Source: an uncultured Myxococcales bacterium
GTDB taxonomy: Bacteria > Myxococcota > B64-G9
Assembly: GCA_964640665.1 (NCBI GenBank)
Contig: CAZXHT010000002.1
Coordinates: 38,567 to 102,566 of the forward strand
DNA: 64,000 nucleotides
Direction of reading: 5' to 3'
In this document: one piece after another, positions 47,819 to 57,149 of the stretch
How the letters are laid out: the number at the start of each line of letters is the position of its first letter
Position numbering within the stretch: position 1 is the stretch's first letter
The notes under the pieces: generated by a model
Databases searched by the model: none
What the model was told of the DNA's origin: nothing
The model's input: only the letters and a program-made list of their open reading frames with translations
Position numbers and translations under genes: made by a program

Positions 47819-50800
47819 ATGCTGCGAGGATGTGGGTGTTTACATCCGGTCCGATGGACCGGTTGCAGAACGTTACTGTTCTTGCACCTGGTGTCTTGCG
47901 CGAATCCGGTCTTGGCCGGGACGCGGGAGGCGGGGCCGCTTATCGATTTGCCCGGCAAATTGACTTCGGCGGCCATGGAGATCATCGACGGAGAACTCGA
48001 AGAACTTGGCAAGGATCCCGACTGGGATGCCCTGCACGCCTTCCTGGCCTCGCAGCCCGCTTCGCCCGTGGCCCGGTACGCGCGGGCCTCCGCTGATTTG
48101 AAACGCTGCGCCGTTTGGGACGGGGAACGCGGCCTCGAGACGCTCGCGGCCTTGCGCAAGGAAGCCGCCCAGCGGGGTGATCGGGTGCTGGCCGCACGGC
48201 TGCTTCTGGCCATCGGCCGCGGGCAACTCGCCCTGCGACACAACGCCCGGGCGCTGTCCTCCCTCGAGACCGCGGCAGCCGAGCTGCGCAGGTTGGGAGA
48301 TTCCCGGGGGCTGGTAGAGGCGCTTTTCCAACTCAGCAGCGGTCTGATCAACAATTCCCGCCGGCCGCGGGACGCCTTGAAATACATCAACGAGTTGCAG
48401 GTGCGGGCCGCGCGCCTCGACATGCGCGATTATGAACAGTTAGCCGCGCGTCTCTACGATGAATGGCGCAAGGGAATAGACGAAGTTGACGACTACTTCG
48501 GCCGGGCCCGTAACCGCTTGCAGTACTTCCCGCCGGCCCTCGGCATTTCCGAAGACGCGGACCTGGTGGCTTTTACTAACGGTGTGCTGGTCATGAACGG
48601 AGACACCGACGATCAGGTAGTGTCCGCCCGTCCCGAATTCGTGTCCTTCGACGGCCTGTTTACCCGCAAGTTGAAGCTGCCGGGCGACTCGCTGCAAATA
48701 CGCGGATCGCTGGTGGACGATCGCGGCCGGCTGTGGGCCGCAACCAACCGTGGCCTGTACCGCTACGACGGGGAGGGTTTCGTACACCTGTACAATCCCG
48801 CTCTTGCAGACGAGGAGGGCAACGATCTCGCAAGACAGGTAGCACGCGAGCGCGGCCGGATCTCGACTATGGAAGTTGCCTTATCTTCAAATATCGTAAA
48901 CGAGATAAAACAGGGCCCGGATGGTCGTTTCTATCTGGCAACAGCATCCGGGGCGTCTGTTTGTGATCGTGGCTTCAAGAAATTTCAGTATTTCACGCCG
49001 AAAAACGCTCCGCTGCCCGCGTCTGTCGAACGCATCGCCAAGGCTGCGGACGGATCGTTAGTGATTGCCTGGAGAGACGCCTACGCAGTGCGCCTGCCCG
49101 GGGGCGCCTGGAAAAGACGCGCCTTCGAGTTTCCCAAGGCCGCCGGCCGCCCGCACGGTAAGCTTTTTGGTCTTCTGGTCGACTCATCCGGGCACCCCTG
49201 GGTGCACGGTCTGGGGGGCGGACAGGAACTCTCCGGAACACGAGTTGTGCGCTATGTTGATCGACGCTTTTCGGCCATGACCCGCAACGTCAACCACGTG
49301 CTCAAGGCGAGTGATGGCGCCTATTGGTTCGCTTCAACCGATGGTCTCTGTCGCCAATCGGGTGCGCATTGCGACACGCTCAACGCCGGCCGCTGGATGC
49401 CGGCCGAGTGGTCGCTGGATCTGTTCGAGGGGCCGCCAGGAAACGTGTGGGTTTCTGTCTACCAGGGGGGGCTGATTCGCATCATGCCTCCCAACTACCG
49501 GCACTACGGGCTTGCCGAGGGTTTTCGCCAGCCGGTCAACGAAACAATCCGCGAACTTGCGGGTTACCTGTATTTCACAAACGGAGAGGGGTTGACGCGA
49601 CTGGATCCCGCCAGCGGCCGCATAGACAACTTCGCCTCCGAGGCAGAGGGCATACCCTTAGGAGAGCTGAAGATATCGGAGAAGTTGAGTGATGGGCGGC
49701 TGGCCCTGGCCGGTCCGGACATACTGGCGCAAAAGGCGATCGTCCTCTTCGATGGGCGGCATGGCCGCCTGGTGGACGAACACAATGGATTGCCGGCCGA
49801 AAGCCTGATCTCCTTTTGCCAGGACGAGGCCGGCAAGCTCGAGGTCGCCTACGGCACGGGTTTGTGGCAACTCGACCTGCAGACGCTGCGTGCTCGGCCG
49901 GACCCCGACTGGCGAGCGATCGAGGGCATACAGATTGTGGATCTTGCCTGCGCCGCCGACGGATCCGCCTGGGTGTTGACCCCTGATGCCGTCTATCGAC
50001 GGGATAGCAACGGCGTGCGACACATCGATCTCGGGGGTATTGGTTTGCACGGCAAGCCGCGCCAACTGATTGCGTCGGTGCGGGCCGGGGTCTTCGTTTT
50101 CGGACAGCGCCAGATATTGAACCGCCGAAATGACGCCTGGAAACAGATACCGGTCGATGCCGACAAATTCGACTTCCGCGTCCGCGACGTGGTCGAAGAC
50201 GATCGCGGCCTGCTCTACTTCGCCACCGAAAGCGGCGTTTTCGCCTTCAACGGTGAGAACTGGACCCGCCTGAGCGCGCGTGACGGATTGGTTTCCAGGA
50301 CAGCTTTCCAAATGTTGGCGCGCGGGGACGGGTTGTGGATATCCGGAGACGGAGGCGTCACTTGCTGGAACTGGCCTGAACAGCAACCGCCGGAGACGTT
50401 TCTGTTGTTCAGAGGCGATGCTTTCTTCGCCGATCCCGACGGGAGAGCGCTTCGCTTCCGGGCTTCAAACGGAATAGAAAAGGAAGGTTGGGTGCAGCTA
50501 CGCGGGACGGCCGGCCTGTTCGAGCTGCCCGAAAAGCAGGCCGGCTCGTTTTTAACGCCTGCCAGACGAACGGGTCTCCTGTTGACTGATAACGCAGGTG
50601 CAGGCGATTCGACGGCCTCCGGGATGAAGGTAGTAAGGTCGAACAGGCTTGAGTTTTTCGCTTCGGCCGGTGTGCCTTTCATGGACGATACACCCGATGA
50701 GTTCTCGTACCACTACCGGGTCGACGCGGGTGCCTGGTTTCCCGCCCGGGGAAGGAAGATTGTTGTCGGCGACCTGAAAGATGGAGTGCACCGGGTGGAG

Positions 50801-53800
50801 ATCCGCGCCACGGATCCACGCCTGGTTTCGGATCCCACACCGGCTCGATGGTCCTTCATGGTCGAGACGCCGATGTCCCCCTGGCTGCCGGCCGCCTTCG
50901 GTCTTTCGGCCGGCTTGCTTTTGTTCTTTGCGCGCCGACGCTGGATGTGGTTGCTGCAACGCTTGATGCACAGGCACTTCCATCCTCTCGACCCGGCATC
51001 ATTCGCCCCGCAGCGGCCGGCCAGCGGGCCCGATTTCATTGGTCGTGGGGAGCAGTTGGAAACTCTTTTGCGCGTGGCCGCGGATACCGGGGGGGTGGCC
51101 GTGGCATGGGGGGAGAGAGGAACAGGAAAACACTCGTTCATGCTGCGGCTCGCCGCGCAGCTGCGCCAGCGACACGTACATGTCGTCGAGATGGATCTGG
51201 CCGTTACGACTGCCGGCGGCGACGTCGCCAACCTGGTTGGCAGCCTGGGCCGCACCTTGCTGGACGTTTTAGAGTCAGACGGAGTTCGGATCGATTTGGC
51301 GCCGGCCATGGCAGGGGAATCGCTGTTATCCTTGCCGGGCAGCCTTGGCGGGGAGTCACCCGCCAAGGACATGCCGTCTCCACCCGGATCGTCGGCCTCG
51401 GGTGATAATCCGTTTGAGGTATTGAGTCGGACATTGCGGCATCTTGATCAGCAGGCGCCGGGTGAACGAGTGGCCTTCCTGATTGACAATGCCGAGGTGC
51501 TCGGCGTGGCCCTCGATTCGGACGCCGGCTATGGCTCTTACTTGTTTCCCTTTATGCGCTCGCTGGTTCAGGAACGTTCCTGTGTAACCATGGTGCTGGC
51601 CATCGAGGGCCGCTGGTTCAACCTTTCGCGGATTTACAGGCAGCTGTTTGCCTTCGCATCTCCGCTGGCCATCGATCGTCTCTCGCGGGAAGAAAGCAGC
51701 CGCCTGCTTACGGGCAGGCTCAAGAATCAGGCAATCGTATCCGAGCGGGATCTCGGGCGGCTTGTGGATCTGGCCGGCGGACATCCTTTCTTGCTGCAGC
51801 AAATTGGCAAACATCTGGTTGATGAAATGAACCGCCGGCGGACCAACGTGTGCTCGGGCAAGCTCGTCAAGGGGATATCGACCGTCCTGGTCGATGAAGT
51901 CGACAGCCAGCTGCAACGGATGTTTTTCGATCTTTCGCGCGAGGAAAAACTCGTGGTGACGGCCTTGTGCACAGGCGACCGTCGCGCAAGCAAGCTGGAC
52001 ACGATTGCGGCCCGTCTCGCGGAGGCCGGCGGCAAGTTGCTGTACGAGGAAATCCGCCGGGCCGTTTTGTCGCTCGCCAAGGACGGCACGCTCTTGAAAG
52101 ACGAGGATTACTTCTCCCTGCAAGGTGACCTGTATCGCAGCTGGGTGCATGCGCACCACTCTTTAGCCTCTGTGTTGGAGGAGTCGCATGACTACGTGGG
52201 CCACTACCAGCTCGTCGAAAAGCTGGGCTCCGGCGGCATGGGAGTAGTTTACAAGGCACGCAATCTGGTAACCGGTGCCACGGTGGCACTCAAACTGCTG
52301 CGGGCCGAGCTGTCGGAAAAGAAGCGTTCCCGGCGCCGTTTTCTGCGCGAAGCCAGACTGGGAAAGAGCATTCGGCACCCCAATATAGTGCGCATTCTCG
52401 ATTACGGAGAGCAGGCCGGACGACTTTACCTGGCCATGGAGTTCGTGGACGGCAAGACCTTGACCCTCTGGACTCGCAAGGCCGGCGGCCTGTCGGCACA
52501 GACAGTGTTGGAAATAGGCCGCCACCTGTTGTCGGCGCTGGTTGCCGTCCACGAGGTGGGGATCGTGCACCGTGACGTGAAAAGCGACAATGTCATGGTG
52601 ATAAGCGCGAAGGGCAACTCTATAAAGTTGATGGACTTCGGCCTGGCGGTGGGCAAGGACGTCTCTCGCATGACCCGCGCCGGCTCGTTGCTGGGCACCG
52701 TCGCCTACATGTCGCCGGAGCAGGCGAGGGGCAAGGTGGTTGACGCCCGTTCGGATCTCTATTCACTGGGGGTGGTACTGTATGAACTTTGTGCCGGCGC
52801 ACCGCCTTTTGCCGGCCCCGATGCCGCGGTGCTGCATTCTGTGATATACGATCTGCTCCCGCCGCTTGATGAGCGGGTTAAAAATATTCCTGCTGAGCTT
52901 TCGGCCTTCATCGGCAGGCTGCTCGCCAAGAATACCGACCAGCGTCCATCCAGTGCCCGCGAAGCTCTCGAGCAGCTCAACGGTCTAGCCGAACGACTTG
53001 GATCTTCCGGAGAAAACCTGTTCATGGGCGAGGCGGCGGCTGATGGCCGAACCGATCGGGGCACGACAAGTGGCATTACATCCGGGACAGAAGTGACCTC
53101 ACACGCACTGGAAACGCTCAAGTCACAGAGCATCTTGTTGTCTTCGCTGTCGACGGCCACAAAGGAATCTATCTCCTCGCTGGCGGACGCCACCCACGAT
53201 GCCGCCCGGCTGTTGCTATATCGCATCTCGGCCGATGTGGCTCGTGGCTCGATCGAAGGCGGCGTCTTGAGAGATTGCCTCGAACAGGTTTGCGACACGC
53301 TCGAGGCGAACCGCGGCCTGGTGGCCCTGGGGAGCGATGATGGAAAGTTCGAATGTGTAGCGTCCTTCAACCGTGATGTAGAACAGATTGAGAAGCTTCC
53401 GGTCTTGTTCTCATTGTTTCACCAGTGTGTAGGCAAGCAGAGCGGTCTCCTGTACACGGCCCCGCATGGTTCTGTCGAGGATGGAATGGGCACCGCCGTT
53501 TTCGCACCGCTCTGGGCCGCGGACAAGATCCTTGGCGCTTTCATGGTTGAACGTAGCGGAGCCGAGGCGCGTCCATTCGATTTTCATAGCCTGGAGTTGA
53601 TGGCAGGCGTCGGCTACCTGTTGGGACTCGGACTGGAACGCGAGAGGCTGTACAAACAGGTGCTGAATCAGGAACGCCTGGCCGCGGTGGGACACATGCT
53701 GGCCGGGGTGGCGCATGATATGCGTTCTCCAATGGCTGTCATTTCCGGCTACGCAGAGTTAATTACGTTTGAAAAAGACTCTTCCAATCGGGAGAAGAAC

Positions 53801-54340
53801 TGCGCCGTTATCGTGCGCCAGGTGGGAGAGATGAACCACATGATCGGCAATCTGCTGGCTTACGTTCGCGGGGACACGCAACTCAATCCCGCCCAAATCC
53901 GGGCAGAAGAACTCGCCGTGGAGATCGAGGAAACCTTCCGGCCGCAATGCGAGCCGCGGGGCATCGAGTTGAACATCAGCGCCGGGGAGGGGCCGGCGCG
54001 GGTCGATGTCTCCCGAACCAAGCGCATCATCTACAACCTGGGCAAAAACGCCGTGGAGGCCCTCGGTGAATCCGGCAAATTGGAGATACGCCTTGAGAGC
54101 CGGGACAACGGACTCGAAATCAGGATCCGCGACAACGGGCCTGGAATCCCAACCGAGGTGCGTGAGCATATGTTCGACCCGTTCTTTACAAGCGGCAAGA
54201 AAGGAGGAACCGGTCTTGGCCTGGCGATCGTGAGTCGCTTCATACACGACCAGGCCGGGTCGATATCCACACACTGTGGGGAAGGTGGCGGCACGACCAT
54301 GATTGTCCACATCCCCGATGTAACCAGCCGTAAAAGCTAA
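47819..54340 (+). CDS. Multidomain sensor kinase: TPR-like + beta-propeller/Y_Y_Y - TM - P-loop ATPase - Ser/Thr protein kinase - GAF - histidine kinase (HisKA+HATPase_c)
   Basis: Reg_prop/Y_Y_Y repeats (~48.7-50.86 kb), TM helix (~50.87-50.94 kb), Walker A GERGTGKHS (~51.11 kb), STK motifs GSGGMGVVYKA / HRDVKSDN / DFGLA / SPE (~52.2-53.0 kb), GAF (~53.2-53.65 kb), H-box AHDMRSP and G2 box GTGLGLAIV (~53.7-54.3 kb); start set at ATG 47819 (track start 47720 is upstream extension). Confidence 0.85.
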   Translation: MLRGCGCLHPVRWTGCRTLLFLHLVSCANPVLAGTREAGPLIDLPGKLTSAAMEIIDGELEELGKDPDWDALHAFLASQPASPVARYARASADLKRCAVWDGERGLETLAALRKEAAQRGDRVLAARLLLAIGRGQLALRHNARALSSLETAAAELRRLGDSRGLVEALFQLSSGLINNSRRPRDALKYINELQVRAARLDMRDYEQLAARLYDEWRKGIDEVDDYFGRARNRLQYFPPALGISEDADLVAFTNGVLVMNGDTDDQVVSARPEFVSFDGLFTRKLKLPGDSLQIRGSLVDDRGRLWAATNRGLYRYDGEGFVHLYNPALADEEGNDLARQVARERGRISTMEVALSSNIVNEIKQGPDGRFYLATASGASVCDRGFKKFQYFTPKNAPLPASVERIAKAADGSLVIAWRDAYAVRLPGGAWKRRAFEFPKAAGRPHGKLFGLLVDSSGHPWVHGLGGGQELSGTRVVRYVDRRFSAMTRNVNHVLKASDGAYWFASTDGLCRQSGAHCDTLNAGRWMPAEWSLDLFEGPPGNVWVSVYQGGLIRIMPPNYRHYGLAEGFRQPVNETIRELAGYLYFTNGEGLTRLDPASGRIDNFASEAEGIPLGELKISEKLSDGRLALAGPDILAQKAIVLFDGRHGRLVDEHNGLPAESLISFCQDEAGKLEVAYGTGLWQLDLQTLRARPDPDWRAIEGIQIVDLACAADGSAWVLTPDAVYRRDSNGVRHIDLGGIGLHGKPRQLIASVRAGVFVFGQRQILNRRNDAWKQIPVDADKFDFRVRDVVEDDRGLLYFATESGVFAFNGENWTRLSARDGLVSRTAFQMLARGDGLWISGDGGVTCWNWPEQQPPETFLLFRGDAFFADPDGRALRFRASNGIEKEGWVQLRGTAGLFELPEKQAGSFLTPARRTGLLLTDNAGAGDSTASGMKVVRSNRLEFFASAGVPFMDDTPDEFSYHYRVDAGAWFPARGRKIVVGDLKDGVHRVEIRATDPRLVSDPTPARWSFMVETPMSPWLPAAFGLSAGLLLFFARRRWMWLLQRLMHRHFHPLDPASFAPQRPASGPDFIGRGEQLETLLRVAADTGGVAVAWGERGTGKHSFMLRLAAQLRQRHVHVVEMDLAVTTAGGDVANLVGSLGRTLLDVLESDGVRIDLAPAMAGESLLSLPGSLGGESPAKDMPSPPGSSASGDNPFEVLSRTLRHLDQQAPGERVAFLIDNAEVLGVALDSDAGYGSYLFPFMRSLVQERSCVTMVLAIEGRWFNLSRIYRQLFAFASPLAIDRLSREESSRLLTGRLKNQAIVSERDLGRLVDLAGGHPFLLQQIGKHLVDEMNRRRTNVCSGKLVKGISTVLVDEVDSQLQRMFFDLSREEKLVVTALCTGDRRASKLDTIAARLAEAGGKLLYEEIRRAVLSLAKDGTLLKDEDYFSLQGDLYRSWVHAHHSLASVLEESHDYVGHYQLVEKLGSGGMGVVYKARNLVTGATVALKLLRAELSEKKRSRRRFLREARLGKSIRHPNIVRILDYGEQAGRLYLAMEFVDGKTLTLWTRKAGGLSAQTVLEIGRHLLSALVAVHEVGIVHRDVKSDNVMVISAKGNSIKLMDFGLAVGKDVSRMTRAGSLLGTVAYMSPEQARGKVVDARSDLYSLGVVLYELCAGAPPFAGPDAAVLHSVIYDLLPPLDERVKNIPAELSAFIGRLLAKNTDQRPSSAREALEQLNGLAERLGSSGENLFMGEAAADGRTDRGTTSGITSGTEVTSHALETLKSQSILLSSLSTATKESISSLADATHDAARLLLYRISADVARGSIEGGVLRDCLEQVCDTLEANRGLVALGSDDGKFECVASFNRDVEQIEKLPVLFSLFHQCVGKQSGLLYTAPHGSVEDGMGTAVFAPLWAADKILGAFMVERSGAEARPFDFHSLELMAGVGYLLGLGLERERLYKQVLNQERLAAVGHMLAGVAHDMRSPMAVISGYAELITFEKDSSNREKNCAVIVRQVGEMNHMIGNLLAYVRGDTQLNPAQIRAEELAVEIEETFRPQCEPRGIELNISAGEGPARVDVSRTKRIIYNLGKNAVEALGESGKLEIRLESRDNGLEIRIRDNGPGIPTEVREHMFDPFFTSGKKGGTGLGLAIVSRFIHDQAGSISTHCGEGGGTTMIVHIPDVTSRKS

Positions 54341-54448
54341 AGGTTCCAAGTACAGGCCTCGAGATTTTGACAAGTCGGCCATGCTGTGCTAAACAGCTTG
54401 CGCTCGGGTTTGTAAGCGGCCATCGGTGCAGTATGGCCGGATACTACC

Positions 54449-55225
54449 TTGAAAGAACAAGGTATTGCCAATATGCGCAACGTATATTTCGACATCGACG
54501 ACATGACCAAGGAAATCGAGGCGCTGCAGACCAAGAAAAAGAAGGACTCACACGCGTTCCAGGAAAAGTTCGAAGTTTCCTGGATCTATCATGAAAATGC
54601 GCTCGAGGGCACCGTGTTGGACATCTTCGACTTGAAGGCGGCGCTCGATCACGCCGCGTTGGAGGACGGTGTGCTGATTCCCGTCTACCAGCGCATCCGC
54701 AACCACAAGAATACCATAGAAAAGATCAAAAACAGCGCCACTGGCAACTCGCGCATGCCGACACTCTCGTTCATCAAGGAAGTGCACCAAGTGCTGAGCT
54801 ACGGACTTGACGAGCGGCCGGGGGGGCAGTACCGTAAAGATGTTCCCATCCATCGTAGTTATTACCATGAGATCATGGCTCCCTCGCGCATCTCATATGC
54901 CATGAACAAGCTTGTCAGGGATCTCAAGACCAAGGAATTCAAGCAACTCCATCCACTTCAGCAGGCGGCCGAGGTGCATTTTCGCCTGATGCACATCTTT
55001 CCTTTCTCCCGGGAATGCGGCAAGCTGGCGCGCCTGATCATGAACTTTTTCGTAATTCGCGCGGGCTACCTGCCGATCATAATCCCCGCCGTGGAAAGGC
55101 AACATTACTACGAAGCCTTACGCGTGGGTCCCAAGGTGGTTCACGATCTGATCGTCAGCTGCATGGAACAGACGATCAATCTCTCGCTGCGCTTCTTCGA
55201 TGGCGGCACCAAAGAGATCTGGTAA
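54449..55225 (+). CDS. Fic/DOC-family protein with degenerate active-site motif
   Basis: Fic fold-like region AAEVHFRLMHIFPFSRECGKLARLIMNFFVIRAGY aligns to HPFx(D/E)GNGRxxR but with His->Phe, Asp->Arg, Asn->Cys substitutions. Confidence 0.6.
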   Translation: MKEQGIANMRNVYFDIDDMTKEIEALQTKKKKDSHAFQEKFEVSWIYHENALEGTVLDIFDLKAALDHAALEDGVLIPVYQRIRNHKNTIEKIKNSATGNSRMPTLSFIKEVHQVLSYGLDERPGGQYRKDVPIHRSYYHEIMAPSRISYAMNKLVRDLKTKEFKQLHPLQQAAEVHFRLMHIFPFSRECGKLARLIMNFFVIRAGYLPIIIPAVERQHYYEALRVGPKVVHDLIVSCMEQTINLSLRFFDGGTKEIW

Positions 55226-55228
55226 GGC

Positions 55229-57046
55229 TCAAGGTCCTCCGGAGAATTGTCGAACGGCCTGTTGAAACATCTTCATGACGGCCGGATCGAGGCGGCCGTC
55301 GAACTTGATGTTGTGAAATCCTTTCATTTTCTTGAGCATTGCCAGAAGGTTGTTCAAGTCCATCAGCTTGAGCTTGCCGAGATCCTCGTCGGCGTGACTA
55401 TCCTGCAGCCAGCGCTTGAACATCTTCTTGACTTTTACGGGCTTTCCCGAACCACGCACGAAAGCAGCTTGCAGATCGCCCGGGGTGGCTTGCTTGAATG
55501 ACAATTTGCGGGTGTAGGCCCGCATGCACTTGAGAAAGGTCTTTTGACCCAACGCTCGGCGCAGGAAGTGCAGAAACAGGGCCCCCTTGCCGTAAACCAA
55601 TCCCGCATACTGCAATTGGTTATCGAAGTCCTTGACCTGACGGTCGACCGCGCCGTCACTGCCGCCGAAAGCCCGATGAAGCTGGTAGGGCAAGGCCAGC
55701 TCCATCTGGAGCTGACGCGTGGCCGCCTGGCTGCCATGTTTTTTCTCGAAGTACAGCACCGCAGCATAGTTAGCCGGCGACTCGTCCAGAAAAGGGTGAC
55801 GGATCGAGTCGGAACCCACCAGGGCATGAAACCACTGGTGGGCGATCTCGTGGGCCAGGACGAACTCCTCGATGCCGGTTTTCTTCATCAGGCCGGCCAT
55901 CATGTCCCCCATGGGTCCCGCGGCACGCGGACCGGCCACGGCGATCGCTATTGTCACCAGTCCGGGATACTCCATTCCTCCGGCCCCGCCGACCAGTGGC
56001 GCGTAGGCGACGTCGAGTTCGGCGTAGGGGTAGGGGCCGAACATACGAGAATAGATTTTCACGGCGCTAACGGCGCGCGCGAGAAGCACCTCTGCCTCGC
56101 TCTCCTTCTCTTGCAGAACGAAGGCGCGCAGGCGCAACCCACCGGACATCTTCTCCCGGACGACATAGCGGGTCGAGACCTGCAGGGCAAAGTCGCGCAC
56201 AGCCGTGCCCATTAGAAAGACGTCTTTCTTGGCGGCGGCACCGGGGCCCAGGGGCTGCTCCCCGATTTGGATGCCCGAGGAGGCCACTCGCGCCGTTTTG
56301 GACAGGCGCAGCTTCACCAGGTAGTTGGCCACTTCGAAGTTTGCCAGGTCCCCCATTCCGGGCGGCGCCTCGGCGTCCCAGCCCGAATCCAGCCGCGCGG
56401 GCAAGATGGGATAGAAGTAGCCCAGGTTGAAGACACCACGACTACGGCCGTAAGTGCCGTACCCCTCCCGACCCTGCTTTCCCATCAACTCGGCCAGGAC
56501 ATTGCCTATCTGTGCGCCGGCATCCGCATGTATGCTGGGGACCACTGCCTTGCAGGTGATTCCCAGAAGCACACGGGAATTCGCGGGCAGGGGTATGGCC
56601 AGGGAGATGCGCATGGCGGTCGGGTTGATCCACTCGAATTCGGCCGGGGCCCCGTTGATGGTGACCGCCGAGATCTCGAGATTGCGCGCCTTGCCCTTTG
56701 TGAGCCAGGCGACGTTGGGGTAGGTGCGGAAAACCAGGTCGGGCAAGGGCTCGCCGGTGGTGTTCTTGTAGTTGACCTGCTCGTGGATATCGATTGTTCC
56801 CAGCACGGTGTTGAGTTCCATGTCGATCTGGTAAAGCGGCAAGTCGGATAGCGAGGCCACCCCGACCCTGGCCGCGGTATTCTTGCGGTACGCCCGTGAC
56901 AGTCCGCGCAGGAAGGGCTTCGAGTCATAGTCGCCGGGCGCGTTTTCGGCACCGCTTGCGGCCGATGCGCACAGCAAGCAGGCGACGACGATACAGCCAA
57001 TGCGAGCGTGCGGCTTTATGAAGATCCTGCCCGATTGAGAGACCAT
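55229..57046 (-). CDS. Secreted M1-family (gluzincin) metallopeptidase
   Basis: Signal peptide; HEIAHQWFH zincin motif with Glu ~18 residues downstream (LDESPANY); 605 aa. Confidence 0.7.
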   Translation of the reverse strand: MVSQSGRIFIKPHARIGCIVVACLLCASAASGAENAPGDYDSKPFLRGLSRAYRKNTAARVGVASLSDLPLYQIDMELNTVLGTIDIHEQVNYKNTTGEPLPDLVFRTYPNVAWLTKGKARNLEISAVTINGAPAEFEWINPTAMRISLAIPLPANSRVLLGITCKAVVPSIHADAGAQIGNVLAELMGKQGREGYGTYGRSRGVFNLGYFYPILPARLDSGWDAEAPPGMGDLANFEVANYLVKLRLSKTARVASSGIQIGEQPLGPGAAAKKDVFLMGTAVRDFALQVSTRYVVREKMSGGLRLRAFVLQEKESEAEVLLARAVSAVKIYSRMFGPYPYAELDVAYAPLVGGAGGMEYPGLVTIAIAVAGPRAAGPMGDMMAGLMKKTGIEEFVLAHEIAHQWFHALVGSDSIRHPFLDESPANYAAVLYFEKKHGSQAATRQLQMELALPYQLHRAFGGSDGAVDRQVKDFDNQLQYAGLVYGKGALFLHFLRRALGQKTFLKCMRAYTRKLSFKQATPGDLQAAFVRGSGKPVKVKKMFKRWLQDSHADEDLGKLKLMDLNNLLAMLKKMKGFHNIKFDGRLDPAVMKMFQQAVRQFSGGP

Positions 57047-57149
57047 GAATCTTACTCTAGGCCAAGCAAAAGGCCGGCGTCAACGTCCTCTCGTTGACGC
57101 CGCGGTGTAGCAATGATATTTGCGTAAAAAAACAAAGGGGATCAAGATC

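Noticed and set aside
47671-48423. N-terminal 251-aa extension of ORF 46543..48423 (Arg/Ser-rich)
   Set aside because: An internal ATG at 47670 has a strong AAGGAGG RBS. The extension overlaps the divergent promoter and 5' end of the giant kinase gene and has low-complexity composition.
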